Shown here: positions 29,367 through 38,815 of the stretch, one piece after another
Layout: the number at the start of each line of letters is the position of its first letter
How positions within the stretch are numbered: position 1 is the first letter of the stretch
Assembly (NCBI GenBank): GCA_030698625.1
Contig: JAUYMS010000030.1
Location: 20,016-84,015, forward strand
Direction of reading: 5' to 3'
Length of the DNA: 64,000 nucleotides
Source: Candidatus Omnitrophota bacterium
GTDB lineage: Bacteria > Omnitrophota > Omnitrophia > Omnitrophales > Aquincolibacteriaceae
Position numbers and translations under genes: made by a program
Notes under the pieces: model-generated
What the model saw: the letters and a program-made list of their open reading frames with translations, nothing else
The model's database searches: none
What the model was told of the DNA's origin: nothing

Positions 29367-29651
29367 TTAAGCGGCTAAAAGATTTCCTGTCGCATACTTA
29401 TGAATAATGCTTGCAACCAGGGTTTGATACGGGATGCCTTCCTCAGCGGCTTTGGCTTTGATACGATCCATGTCGGCTTTTGAGATTCTGATGTTCATTC
29501 TTTGGTCTTTTCGAAACGTGTTCTTGGCAATTTTAGCGTAGTAACTTAATTCGGCTTTTTTTGGTTTTACCGCCTCCCATTCACCATTTTCGATGGCGTC
29601 AAGGATCTCTTGCTCTTCTTTTTCCAGCTTCTCTTTTTTCATGCTATACAC
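29367..29651 (-). CDS. brnA: BrnA antitoxin (RHH/CopG-like, type II toxin-antitoxin)
   Basis: The sequence ...EEQEILDAIENGEWEAVKP...NTFRKDQRMNIRISKADMDRIKAKAAEEGIPYQTLVASIIHKYATGNL matches the BrnA family pattern (inferred from the RKDxRxNIRxSxxDLxxxxxKAxEEGIPYQTLIxSILHKY family signature). It overlaps the upstream brnT by 8 nt. Confidence 0.8.
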   Translation of the reverse strand: MYSMKKEKLEKEEQEILDAIENGEWEAVKPKKAELSYYAKIAKNTFRKDQRMNIRISKADMDRIKAKAAEEGIPYQTLVASIIHKYATGNLLAA

Positions 29652-29919
29652 CTCCAGATAAGTACTTTTTTGTCAGCCTGCGGCTTGGAATAATAGTTTT
29701 GAGAAAAATCCGATGTCTTTCTTCTACAAAAGGGACTACATAAATGTATCTGTTCATTTCCACGATAAATTGTTTCTGATGCGCATATTTACCCTTTCCT
29801 ACTACCGTTGAAACGACGTTTCCGCTCGCAATCAGCGAAACAATGGCTTCAAACGAGATGTTTCTTTCGCGGATCAGCTTTTGGTTTTTCTCGTTATCCC
29901 AATCAAAGACCTTTTTCAC
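29644..29919 (-). CDS. brnT: BrnT toxin (DUF497 ribonuclease toxin, type II toxin-antitoxin)
   Basis: The sequence MKKVFDWDNEKNQKLIRERNISFEAIVSLIASGNVV...YVVPFVEERHRIFLKTIIPSRRLTKKYL is of BrnT/DUF497 type (FEWDxxKxxxNxxKHGISFEEA). It sits upstream of and overlaps brnA. Confidence 0.8.
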   Translation of the reverse strand: MKKVFDWDNEKNQKLIRERNISFEAIVSLIASGNVVSTVVGKGKYAHQKQFIVEMNRYIYVVPFVEERHRIFLKTIIPSRRLTKKYLSGGV

Positions 29920-30076
29920 AAAGAAAGTTTACACAAGTGTGTGCCTATTGTCAATACACTCACTTGGGGACAAAAGGGCGGCGCGGCAAGTTCTTTTACG
30001 ACAACGTCTTGTGATGAAAGTAATGCGGTACCGCATACTAGTTTTTGGGGGGTGTAAGTTGTATAATTAAGACGAG

Positions 30077-30538
30077 ATGCGCATTTACTCTCTTCTACTC
30101 CTACTGTTTGGCTATATCGTGTGCGCAACGCCGGCGGCATATGCGCAGGAGGAGCTTACTGTCGAGGAGGTCACTGACGGCGAAAGTTTGGTCCTCAGCG
30201 ACGGGCGCCGCGTGCGTCTCATCGGTATCCGCACCCCGGTAAGCGGCAGCGATGTGACAGACCTGGATTATGGCCGCCGCGCCCAAGAGTACCTCGTCTC
30301 CCTCGTTATAGATCGCACGGTCCGCACAGAGATCGATCTCATGAATGATATTACTCACCATCATGATTCAGAGGGGCGGTTTCTGGCCTATGTTTATACC
30401 GGTGATGTCCTCGTCAATGAAGAGATGGTTCGCGAGGGTTATGCCGAGGCATTCGCAAAGTTCCGATTTCGCTACAGGGATCGCTTCCAGGCCCTTGAGC
30501 AGACGGCAAGGGACCAAGGCGAGGGTTTATGGGCATAG
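30077..30538 (+). CDS. Secreted SNase-like thermonuclease (micrococcal nuclease homolog)
   Basis: It has a signal peptide (MRIYSLLLLLFGYIVCATPAAYA) and an SNase-like core (VTDGESLVLSDGRRVRLIGIRTP...EEMVREGYAEA...ARDQGEGLWA). Confidence 0.7.
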   Translation: MRIYSLLLLLFGYIVCATPAAYAQEELTVEEVTDGESLVLSDGRRVRLIGIRTPVSGSDVTDLDYGRRAQEYLVSLVIDRTVRTEIDLMNDITHHHDSEGRFLAYVYTGDVLVNEEMVREGYAEAFAKFRFRYRDRFQALEQTARDQGEGLWA

Positions 30539-30780
30539 ACCGCGACCGCACATTCCATTACATGGGCGGCTTTTCGGCGGTTTGCCTGATCTGGACACTC
30601 ATCCTTATTTTACCGAACCTGATTCGAGGCGACATGGAAAGTATCCGCATGATCTTTCAGCGGTATCCCGGCATGGAGCCCTTTATTATTTTCTTTCTTC
30701 CGATTATCGTCGTCGGGGGCGGGGCCTGGATTTGGCGGCAGATTTATAACCGGCAGCATACTCCCGGCCCGGAAGAGTAG
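30529..30780 (+). CDS. Small hypothetical membrane protein
   Basis: Two predicted TM helices. It overlaps the upstream gene by 10 nt. No homology recognised. Confidence 0.35.
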   Translation: MGIDRDRTFHYMGGFSAVCLIWTLILILPNLIRGDMESIRMIFQRYPGMEPFIIFFLPIIVVGGGAWIWRQIYNRQHTPGPEE

Positions 30781-30788
30781 GCCGGACG

Positions 30789-31193
30789 ATGGCGCTGAAA
30801 CCCTGGAATCTGGACCGTTGGATTTTCAGAGTCAATGTGGCGGCTACGGGCGCGGTGTTTGTGCTGCTATTACCGACGACCGAATACATCACGGAAAATT
30901 TTTTGCCCCGAAAGGACGCGGTTTGGATCTATCCGCTCACGGTACTGGGGGGCTCGGCGCTACTGTGGTTCTTGACGAGCCTGTGCTTGCCTCTCCTGAT
31001 TCGTTGGGGTATCGTTGAAGACAGGCGCGCGGGTCCCAGACCGGGCATGACTTTGCTGCTCAGTTTGTTTCGGCGTGTGATTCCGATCGTCAATCTTGGC
31101 GTCCATGTCGCGCTGCTTGTTTTTTTGTCAGTATGCCTGATCGCATTTATGCGGGGCGACACAATGCTCGACTTGTTTAAAAATTTACCCTGA
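30789..31193 (+). CDS. Hypothetical integral membrane protein
   Basis: Three to four hydrophobic helices. No motif recognised. Confidence 0.45.
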   Translation: MALKPWNLDRWIFRVNVAATGAVFVLLLPTTEYITENFLPRKDAVWIYPLTVLGGSALLWFLTSLCLPLLIRWGIVEDRRAGPRPGMTLLLSLFRRVIPIVNLGVHVALLVFLSVCLIAFMRGDTMLDLFKNLP

Positions 31194-31201
31194 GGCGGAC
31201 A

Positions 31202-31606
31202 ATGGATGATAAGGTTCAGAGATCTGAAGAGGAGTGGAAAAAGATGCTGACGCCCGAGCAGTATCAGGTCTGCCGCAAGAAGGGGACGGAGCGCGCCTTT
31301 ACCGGCTTATACCACGATTGCAAGAAACCCGGTATCTACCAGTGTTGTTGTTGCGGCAATGACCTTTTCGATGCGAAGACCAAGTTTGATTCCGGAACGG
31401 GGTGGCCGAGCTTCTCGGAGCCGGTTCGTGATGACCGGATCCGCCACGAGACGGATCGGAGCCGGATGATGAAGAGAACCGAAGTGGTTTGCAGGCGATG
31501 TGATGCGCACCTCGGGCATGTCTTCGACGACGGCCCCGCACCCACGCATAAACGGTATTGCATTAACTCGATGTCTTTAAAATTAAAGGAAGGGACTCGC
31601 GGGTAA
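31202..31606 (+). CDS. msrB: Peptide-methionine (R)-S-oxide reductase MsrB
   Basis: EQYQVCRKKGTERAFTG, the CxxC zinc pairs (CCCCGNDLF...CRRCDAHLGHVF), GWPSF and RYCINS are hallmark SelR/MsrB motifs. Confidence 0.85.
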   Translation: MDDKVQRSEEEWKKMLTPEQYQVCRKKGTERAFTGLYHDCKKPGIYQCCCCGNDLFDAKTKFDSGTGWPSFSEPVRDDRIRHETDRSRMMKRTEVVCRRCDAHLGHVFDDGPAPTHKRYCINSMSLKLKEGTRG

Positions 31607-31609
31607 CCG

Positions 31610-32437
31610 ATGAAAAAATTCCGTTGCATTGCCAAAGACGAAAAGGGCCGGCAGTACGCGGGCTCTTTTGATGCCAATACAGAGGAAGAGGCGCGCGAGA
31701 TGGTGCGTGCCGAAGGCTTTGAGATCGCTGACATCTACGAGGAAGAAGAGGCGACCAAACCGATTACGGTTTTGAAGCACACGTCCTGGGGGGATATGCG
31801 GCAGTTGCGCCAGCAGAGGACCGAAGCCGAAGAAGAACACCTCGCGCGTTTTCGGAAGGAGCAGAAGCGGCGAAGAATCGGAGATCTCCTCGGCTATGTC
31901 ATCATCCTGACCGGCTCGCTCATCGCCATTTCAGGCATTTTCTTCGTGCTGCAGCGGATCACTCCCGTGACCCCCGAGAAGTCTCCTAAAGAAGTGGTGG
32001 AGGCCTATGTCTCTCTGGAGAATAGCGGGAATTACCGGGACCAGTTTGAACTCCTGGGCAAAATGAGAGCTGCCCAATTTGAGTCCGCCGATCAGTATGC
32101 CGAAAGGAGAAAATTCATGAGTATGCCCGCGATGGGGAAATTCGGCGGAGCGGAAGAAGTTGAAAGCGAAAGGAAGCGGGTTGTCATCGAGGTCCGGGCC
32201 TTGCGTGAGACAGGAATCAATCCAGTTGAGTTTCACCTTGTCTTGCAGCGGACGGGATGGAAGATTAACTATGTCCGCGACCCGGAGCGTATTGATATCT
32301 ATTTGGAACAATTGACGATTGCCTTTGACGCCGATGATGCGCGTAAGTGGATGCAGATCCTAAAGGGTGAGACGGGTCTGGCAGATCTGAAAATTCGTGA
32401 AATGGTGAAAGCGCACAAGAAGAAGACTTTTCGTTGA
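31610..32437 (+). CDS. Hypothetical single-TM protein with an N-terminal domain resembling the GspF/PilC N-terminal cytoplasmic domain
   Basis: MKKFRCIAKDEKGRQYAGSFDANTEEEAREMVRAEGFEIADI follows the MxxFxYxAxDxxGxxxxGxxEAxSxxEARxxLxxxG pattern of the type II secretion F-protein N-terminus. The remainder (one TM helix plus a soluble domain) is not GspF-like. Confidence 0.45.
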   Translation: MKKFRCIAKDEKGRQYAGSFDANTEEEAREMVRAEGFEIADIYEEEEATKPITVLKHTSWGDMRQLRQQRTEAEEEHLARFRKEQKRRRIGDLLGYVIILTGSLIAISGIFFVLQRITPVTPEKSPKEVVEAYVSLENSGNYRDQFELLGKMRAAQFESADQYAERRKFMSMPAMGKFGGAEEVESERKRVVIEVRALRETGINPVEFHLVLQRTGWKINYVRDPERIDIYLEQLTIAFDADDARKWMQILKGETGLADLKIREMVKAHKKKTFR

Positions 32438-33120
32438 AGATGCGAAACCGAAAAATATTTTTGTTGTTAGCTTTTCTCGGTGTTTCCTCGATCAGCTGTG
32501 GGTCCAGGGCCCCGCTTGAAACCGCCAAGATCACCAAAGTCATGGGCCGTTATGTCGAGATCAACGGCAGCCGCCCGGCCGCCATGGTCGGCGTGTACGT
32601 TCCGTTCCCGCAAGAGAAGAATTTCATGATCGATTCCTGGCAGAATATGGAAAGGCTCCTCAAGGATCAGGAGGTGCAGATTCGCCTGGTCGAGAAGAAG
32701 CATAAAGTGGGTTACCCCGAGTTTGACTTGGTTGAGATTTACCGGGAAGACGTGAATCTTAATAAACGGCTTCTCGAAACGGGGCTTGCGCTGTTTAACG
32801 AGGACCACTGGGATTCTAAAGAGAAGGCCGAGTATAAGGCCTTGGCCGAAGAGGCGCGCCGGCAGCGCCTGGGAATCTGGGCGTATCAGGAAAGCCTTGC
32901 AATCGTTTACCGGCGGCCGAGCAACGGGCGTTTCGTTCATTTTCCGCATTGTCCGCATGTCAAGGATCTTCCCGAAAGCGAAAGGGAAGATTACTACGCC
33001 CCGATTCCCGACACCCCGTTTCTAGCGATTCGTTACGCTTACTTTTGTGACTTCTGCCGGAGTATTTGGAATGAGCAACTGGAAAAGAAGGACCCCAAAA
33101 AGGTGAAGTTAGGCAGCTGA
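32434..33120 (+). CDS. SNase-like thermonuclease lipoprotein (second paralog)
   Basis: It has a lipoprotein signal (LLLAFLGVSSISCG) and ...RLLETGLALFNEDHWDSKEKAEYKALAEEARRQRLGIWAY, which is typical of the SNase C-terminus. Confidence 0.65.
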   Translation: MKMRNRKIFLLLAFLGVSSISCGSRAPLETAKITKVMGRYVEINGSRPAAMVGVYVPFPQEKNFMIDSWQNMERLLKDQEVQIRLVEKKHKVGYPEFDLVEIYREDVNLNKRLLETGLALFNEDHWDSKEKAEYKALAEEARRQRLGIWAYQESLAIVYRRPSNGRFVHFPHCPHVKDLPESEREDYYAPIPDTPFLAIRYAYFCDFCRSIWNEQLEKKDPKKVKLGS

Positions 33121-33122
33121 TC

Positions 33123-34007
33123 ATGATTCGCATCGGTGTCGATCTCGGCGGGACAAAGATTGAAGCTGTTGCCCTCGACGAACAGGGCAAAGTCCTCTGC
33201 CGGGAGCGCATTTCCACGGAACAGGAGGGCGGCTATCGGCACATTCTTAACCGGGTAAAACAGCTCGTGGCCACGTTCTCCGAGCTGTGCTCGGCGGAGG
33301 AATTTACCCTGGGCATCGGGACTCCGGGAGCGGTATCGTACGAAACCGGTTTCCTCAAAAACTCCAACACCGCCTGTCTCAATAAGAAGCCGTTCAAGAA
33401 AGACCTTCAGGAAATTCTAAAAAGGGACTTTTCAGTGGAGAACGATGCCAATTGTTTTGCCATGGCAGAGGCGGCCTACGGCGCCGGCCGGGGCAAGGAT
33501 ATGGTTTTCGGCGTTATTATGGGAACCGGTTGCGGCGGCGGCATTGTTTACCGCGGCAAACTATGGCAGGGGCTGCAGGCCATTGCCGGGGAATGGGGAC
33601 ATATGTCGATCGACCCCAAGGGGCCGGAATGTTACTGCGGCCAGCGCGGTTGCGTGGAGACGTTCGTCAGCGGGGGCGGTTTGCAACGGCTCTATCTTAA
33701 GGAGTTTGGGCAGGTGCGCTGTCTGGAGGATATCGTGTCTGACTACCGAAAGGGTGTTGTAGAATCGACCCAATTCATGAAGGCCTTTTTCGAAAACTTC
33801 GGCCGTGCCATGGCGAATCTTATCAGTGTTTTAGATCCCGACATTATCGTGATGGGCGGGGGAGTTTCTAATATCGATGAAATCTATTCGCTCGGCGTGG
33901 CTGCCGTAGAGAGAAAGATTTTTAGCGACCGTCTTCGGACGCCTATCGTAAAACATGCGTTGGGAGATTCCGCCGGAGTACTCGGTGCGGCTCTGATCGG
34001 TATATGA
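33123..34007 (+). CDS. mak: ROK-family sugar kinase, Mak-like fructokinase/mannokinase
   Basis: MIRIGVDLGGTKIE, NDANCFAMAEA, VIMGTGCGGGI, AGEWGHM, CYCGQRGCVETFVSG and DPDIIVMGGGVSN are closely colinear with E. coli Mak. The ROK zinc motif is CxCGxxGCxE. Confidence 0.8.
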   Translation: MIRIGVDLGGTKIEAVALDEQGKVLCRERISTEQEGGYRHILNRVKQLVATFSELCSAEEFTLGIGTPGAVSYETGFLKNSNTACLNKKPFKKDLQEILKRDFSVENDANCFAMAEAAYGAGRGKDMVFGVIMGTGCGGGIVYRGKLWQGLQAIAGEWGHMSIDPKGPECYCGQRGCVETFVSGGGLQRLYLKEFGQVRCLEDIVSDYRKGVVESTQFMKAFFENFGRAMANLISVLDPDIIVMGGGVSNIDEIYSLGVAAVERKIFSDRLRTPIVKHALGDSAGVLGAALIGI

Positions 34008-34072
34008 TTCCGGGTCGGTAGATCGACTGAATAAATTACGGCCAAAGCGTGTCTAAGGGGGTATGGCGATTC

Positions 34073-35140
34073 ATGAACATGGATATGGAACATGTCAGGG
34101 TCTTGGAGCAGCTTTTCAGGTGCCGCTTCGTGGACCTGGAAAGGGAGGACCCCAAGAAACTCGAGATGGCCGGCGAGTTTATGGACCCGGAGCACGTAGT
34201 GATTCAACACACCCAAAAGGGGTTCTTCGCGGTACCCAAGCGGAGGATGGGCACCCTGACCATGATCGTACTGCACGACCATACGGGACTCACCGCCCAG
34301 TTGAAGGTGTTTTGCTGTCTGTTGGCTCGGAGGGGAATTATCGCTTATGCGCCGGACCTGTTTAGCGATCCTCTCATGGACGAGGGCCCCAAAAACGTCC
34401 GGAGATTGGCTCTTTACAGCATGGGCCCGCAGGGGGTTCAGATGGTAAAGCACATTTTTCAATATCTCGGCACATTTCCTTTCATTAAAAAGGACCGTAT
34501 CGGTGTTGTCGGTTTTCAGTTGGGGGGCACTCTCGGGCTGTGGGCAGCCGCACATCTTCCTAATATCAAAGCCATCATCAGTTTTGATGGAGGCTTCCCG
34601 ACGGAAAGTTCCCGGGTCACGGAATTGACCTGCCCCTTTCTCTATTTCGCGGGTGTCGAAAGGGGGCTTACGGATCAAGCCGCACTCGACCACAAGAAGA
34701 AGGAAGCAACGCAGCTTAGCCTTCAGGGAGAATACTACCAGTGCCCGAAAGAAGCCGGGTCCTTCTTTGGGGAGATTTACCCTCTCTTTTATACTCCTGG
34801 TAAGGCCCATGCGACCTGGGAGGACCTCATGCGGTTTTTGAAGCGGACTTTCGGTTTGGAGCACCTGATTCTGGCGGACGAAGAAATCAACGTTCGGAAG
34901 CTGTGGGCTAAGCGAGTGATCGCGGCAATCCTGATTGTTGTCGCTGTCCTTTTCTCTTATGTTGCGGTGACTTATGACTTTTCGCACCTTCTCGAGGTCC
35001 ATCGCAAGAACCGCGGAACCCAGAAAATTCAAGTCTATGATCCCAAGGCCATGGCGTGGAAGGATCGCCGGCTGAATGATGAGGAATGGAAGAAAGAGAA
35101 GGCACTCCGGGCCGCAAATGCGGTTTTGCGGAAAAAATAG
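34073..35140 (+). CDS. Dienelactone hydrolase-family protein with a C-terminal membrane anchor
   Basis: IVLHDHTGL, GIIAYAPDLF, and GVVGFQLGG (nucleophile elbow) followed by a C-terminal hydrophobic helix. Start set at the ATG at 34073, which has aaggggg 10 nt upstream (the track ORF begins at GTG 34049). Confidence 0.65.
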   Translation: MNMDMEHVRVLEQLFRCRFVDLEREDPKKLEMAGEFMDPEHVVIQHTQKGFFAVPKRRMGTLTMIVLHDHTGLTAQLKVFCCLLARRGIIAYAPDLFSDPLMDEGPKNVRRLALYSMGPQGVQMVKHIFQYLGTFPFIKKDRIGVVGFQLGGTLGLWAAAHLPNIKAIISFDGGFPTESSRVTELTCPFLYFAGVERGLTDQAALDHKKKEATQLSLQGEYYQCPKEAGSFFGEIYPLFYTPGKAHATWEDLMRFLKRTFGLEHLILADEEINVRKLWAKRVIAAILIVVAVLFSYVAVTYDFSHLLEVHRKNRGTQKIQVYDPKAMAWKDRRLNDEEWKKEKALRAANAVLRKK

Positions 35141-35243
35141 GCCATAACCGTGATTGTAGCCACCGGCGATTTTTATTGCTAGACTATAGTATTCTCGTGA
35201 CAGTTATTCCCGGCATAAGTTTTAAGATCAAGGTGAGGTTTCT

Positions 35244-36014
35244 ATGAGATTTAGACTCGTTATTTCTATGGTGCTTTGTTTGATTGTTGCCGCCGGTTTT
35301 GCGTTTTCCGGATCGGGCTTTGCGGTGGACGAGCTGCAGTCCTATGTGGAAACGGTTCAGCAGGCCGAATCGGGGATGACGCTCTGGCAGGTTCTGCAGT
35401 CGGGCGGCATCGTTATGGTTATCCTTGCGGGGATTTCGATCTTGATGTTCTCGCTTGTGAATGTTCTCTATATGACGCTTGATGTGGAAAAACTCCTACC
35501 CGACGAATTTTCTCATACTGCGATTGACGATATCCGGAAGGGAAAGCTCGATCACGTCCGGCGCGTTTGCACTCAAAGCGATAATATGATGTCGCGTATC
35601 ATATTAGCGGGTTTGAGTAGGGTATCAAAAGGCGCCGAGGTCACCAAAGAGGCCGTCGAGATTGAGGCGCGCAAAGAAGTAACGGGCTTGTGGAATCAAC
35701 TGAGTTATCTCTCCGACATTGCGGCTGTAGCGCCGATGCTTGGTCTCTTGGGCACAGTGATCGGCATGATCCAGGCCTTCAATACCATCGCGTTTCAGTC
35801 AGCCGTCGTCAAACCCATTCTTCTGGCAGGCGGAGTTTCGAAAGCCATGGTCACCACAGCCGGCGGCATGACGATTGCCATCATCGCCATGGTTTTTTAC
35901 TCTTACTTCCGGTTTCGTGTTCAGAATATCACAGGGACCGCTGAAACACTGACTGCCGAAGTTATGGCAGCCTTCGCCTCACCGAAAGCGGCCGGGGAAA
36001 CAGGACGCTCATGA
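35244..36014 (+). CDS. exbB: MotA/TolQ/ExbB family proton channel
   Basis: It has a signal/TM helix plus three TM helices, and PMLGLLGTVIGMIQAF...LLAGGVSKAMVTTAGGMTIAI is typical of ExbB/TolQ. There is a good Shine-Dalgarno sequence (aaggtgagg). Confidence 0.8.
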   Translation: MRFRLVISMVLCLIVAAGFAFSGSGFAVDELQSYVETVQQAESGMTLWQVLQSGGIVMVILAGISILMFSLVNVLYMTLDVEKLLPDEFSHTAIDDIRKGKLDHVRRVCTQSDNMMSRIILAGLSRVSKGAEVTKEAVEIEARKEVTGLWNQLSYLSDIAAVAPMLGLLGTVIGMIQAFNTIAFQSAVVKPILLAGGVSKAMVTTAGGMTIAIIAMVFYSYFRFRVQNITGTAETLTAEVMAAFASPKAAGETGRS

Positions 36015-36430
36015 GACCCCTTGTTTCAAAGGATATGCAGAAAACGGATTTGGGGTTTCCTTTGGCCCCTTTGGTCGACATCGTTTTCATCACGTTGATC
36101 TTCTATATGACGCTCTCTATTTTTTATCAGCTGGAGAACGAGCTTTCCATTAGCGTACCGAAAGCCGGGCAGTCTGAAGAGGTGGTCCGAAGCCCGGGTG
36201 AAATTATCATCAATATTGATCGCGAGGGAAAGGTCGTCGTTAATCAAAAGACATTTGAGCAGGATGCCCTGGAGACAATGCTCAAACGCATTGCTTCATT
36301 ATATCCGAACCAGCCGGTGATTATTCGGGCGGATCAGAAGACCTATCACGAATCCGTGATTCGTGTGCTTGACGCCTGCGCCGCTGCGGATATATGGAAC
36401 ATTGCCTTCTCCACGCTGAAGGAGGAGTAG
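36011..36430 (+). CDS. exbD: ExbD/TolR family protein
   Basis: N-terminal TM helix (LAPLVDIVFITLIFYM) followed by a periplasmic domain. It overlaps exbB by 4 nt. Confidence 0.75.
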   Translation: MRPLVSKDMQKTDLGFPLAPLVDIVFITLIFYMTLSIFYQLENELSISVPKAGQSEEVVRSPGEIIINIDREGKVVVNQKTFEQDALETMLKRIASLYPNQPVIIRADQKTYHESVIRVLDACAAADIWNIAFSTLKEE

Positions 36431-36433
36431 GCT

Positions 36434-38815
36434 ATGGGGCGAAGGATTGTGATGCTCCTCATGTCTGCCGCCCTTTTTTCCGGTACTCCGGGCCTGCTGG
36501 CTGAGCCCGCGGAAAATCCCGCCTCCGAAGCCCCTGCCGCTGATATTCCCAATGAAGGCGCCATCACCGACCGGCTGGATTTTGCCAATGGCCTGTTCTC
36601 GCGCGGCATGTACGACATGTCTGCTGCCGAGTATGAATCTCTGGCTCAGGAATACCCCGATCACCCCCAGATCGCACTTGCTCTGATCAGGCGCGCGGAG
36701 TCGCTTTTCCTCCTGAACCGTTTCGAAGAATCCGTACCCGTATTCAACGAATTTATCCAAAAATTTCCCGACGACTCTAATACCGAGCGCGCCCGTCAGC
36801 GTGTGGCGGAAGCTTTCTATCATTCGCAGAAGTTCGATGAAGCCGAAGAGGTCCTAAACGGATTGGCGGCGGGCGGTTCAAATGCCGCACAGCGTATTGC
36901 GCATTACTACCTGGGCAGGATCTTATTCGACCGAGGGACCCTGCCCGAGGCGGAGGGGCATTTTGAAAAGGCTTCCGGCGGCGGAGCGGAGAACCCGTTT
37001 TTTTATCTTGCCCATTTTTATTCGGGAGAAATCATGGTGGCAACGGAACGCGTCGAAGAGGCGGTTCGGGAGTTCAAGGTTGTCGCGGAAAGCGACAAAG
37101 AAGATTTGCGCCAGCTGGCCTATTTCGGTCTGGGGAAAGCGGCCTTCGTAGCGGGAGATCTGGAAACGGCAATCGCCAATTTTAAGCGTGCCCACGAGAT
37201 TGAGCTGAGCCCCGGCATTCGGGAGGACGCACTTATCAATCGCATCAAATCCCTGTATAACCTGGGGCGCTTTCCCGAGATTCTGGAAATCGCGGACTCC
37301 GGAGGAGCGCTTGTCGGCGACCCTAAAAAGATCGTCGAATACAAATCTATCGTAGCAAACAGCTATTCTCAAGTGGGGGCATTCGAAGACGCCAATGCCG
37401 TGTTCGGCGAGTTGCTGGAGGACCCTTTTAGCACTGCCGAAGAAAAAAAGCGTGCAGGTCTTCAGATGAGTGAGAACCTCTTCAACTTGGAGCGGCCCAC
37501 CGAAGCCCTTGTTGTTCTCAACCGGTGGCCGGTCACCGACACCCACCTTAAGGACCGCTGGCTTTATTTGCGCAGTGAGGCTCTGAAACGCACAGGTCTG
37601 TACCAGGAGGCTATTGATGCCCTGGATCAGTTGGTTTTGGAATTTCCTGAATCCGAGTTGATTGCGCGCGCTTATCTGAGCCGGGGTTATGTCTTCATTG
37701 AATTTGAAAAGTTCTCAGAGGCCGAAACAGCGCTCGGTGAATTTGTGGAACGGTTTCCCGAGCACGACCGGGCCCCGAAAGCGTTATCCGATAAAATTCT
37801 GGTGCAAATCAAACTCGAGCAGTGGCAGCCGGCCACGCGGGATGCGGAGATGTTTCTTGAAAAATACGCAGGCGCACCGCAATCCCGTGATGTTTATCAC
37901 CGCTTGGGGTCTCTATACTCCGAGACCGGTAATTATGCCGCGGCGCATGAGATTTACGCGAAATACCTGGAGCGTCCGGATACGACTGAGGAGCATTCGT
38001 CGGTTTCCTTTCTCATGGGGTATAACAAGCAGATGGCCGGTGAGCTTGCCGCTGCCGTCACGCTTTATAAGCAAGTTGAGAAGGATAAGGTGACGGGTGA
38101 GGTCTTTTATGCGGCGTTGAAGAACAGCGCGTTCTGTCTCATCAGCCTGGAGCAGTACGCGGAAGCCGTAGCGTACTACAGCAAGATTATTGCCGAATTT
38201 CCGGAAAATGACCTGAGCGGCGAGGTTTACTCCTGGCTTGCCTTCTATTATGTTGAACACGGGGATACGGCAGCCTTGAGAAAAGCGCTTGAACAATTCC
38301 AGGGAAAACCCGAGGGCGCGGCCCAGAAAAACGAAATCGAATTTTACTGGGGGGAACTCAATCGACTGGAAGGAAACTGCTCAGAAGCTTTGCTTCACTA
38401 CGATGCATCGGTTGTCGGCGACGGTTTTTTTGAAACCAATGCGTCCTTGGGCAAAGGACTCTGTGCGGTTGATGGCGGGGACCTCGACACGGCCGTTACC
38501 CATTTGGAAAAGGCCATTAAAGGCGCGCATCAGGATTACGCCCTTGCGGTTCGCGCGCGGACTGAATTGGCGAAGGCCCTCAGAGTTCAAGAGAAGTACC
38601 TCGAAGCGGCTAAGGCCTTTATGGCGGTCGCAATCCTTTATGAGGATAAGGATAAAGTCCCGCAGGCCCTGCTGGATGCCGGTGATTCATTCGAAAAGGC
38701 CGGCCGGATGGACGATGCACGCCGTGCCTTTTCCGAGCTTGTTAGCAACCACGAAGGGCATGAACTTGTAGAAGAGGCGCGGGGTCGCCTTGAACGGTTA
38801 CCTCATGAAGAATAA
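36434..38815 (+). CDS. TPR-repeat protein (secreted/periplasmic)
   Basis: Signal peptide followed by many TPR-like repeats throughout. It is in the operon after exbBD. Confidence 0.7.
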   Translation: MGRRIVMLLMSAALFSGTPGLLAEPAENPASEAPAADIPNEGAITDRLDFANGLFSRGMYDMSAAEYESLAQEYPDHPQIALALIRRAESLFLLNRFEESVPVFNEFIQKFPDDSNTERARQRVAEAFYHSQKFDEAEEVLNGLAAGGSNAAQRIAHYYLGRILFDRGTLPEAEGHFEKASGGGAENPFFYLAHFYSGEIMVATERVEEAVREFKVVAESDKEDLRQLAYFGLGKAAFVAGDLETAIANFKRAHEIELSPGIREDALINRIKSLYNLGRFPEILEIADSGGALVGDPKKIVEYKSIVANSYSQVGAFEDANAVFGELLEDPFSTAEEKKRAGLQMSENLFNLERPTEALVVLNRWPVTDTHLKDRWLYLRSEALKRTGLYQEAIDALDQLVLEFPESELIARAYLSRGYVFIEFEKFSEAETALGEFVERFPEHDRAPKALSDKILVQIKLEQWQPATRDAEMFLEKYAGAPQSRDVYHRLGSLYSETGNYAAAHEIYAKYLERPDTTEEHSSVSFLMGYNKQMAGELAAAVTLYKQVEKDKVTGEVFYAALKNSAFCLISLEQYAEAVAYYSKIIAEFPENDLSGEVYSWLAFYYVEHGDTAALRKALEQFQGKPEGAAQKNEIEFYWGELNRLEGNCSEALLHYDASVVGDGFFETNASLGKGLCAVDGGDLDTAVTHLEKAIKGAHQDYALAVRARTELAKALRVQEKYLEAAKAFMAVAILYEDKDKVPQALLDAGDSFEKAGRMDDARRAFSELVSNHEGHELVEEARGRLERLPHEE

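Noticed and set aside
30345-30749. 134-aa + strand ORF overlapping the thermonuclease 3' end
   Set aside because: It is an alternative frame of the well-supported SNase gene and the following small membrane-protein gene. The Arg/Ser-rich translation is typical of off-frame GC-rich sequence.
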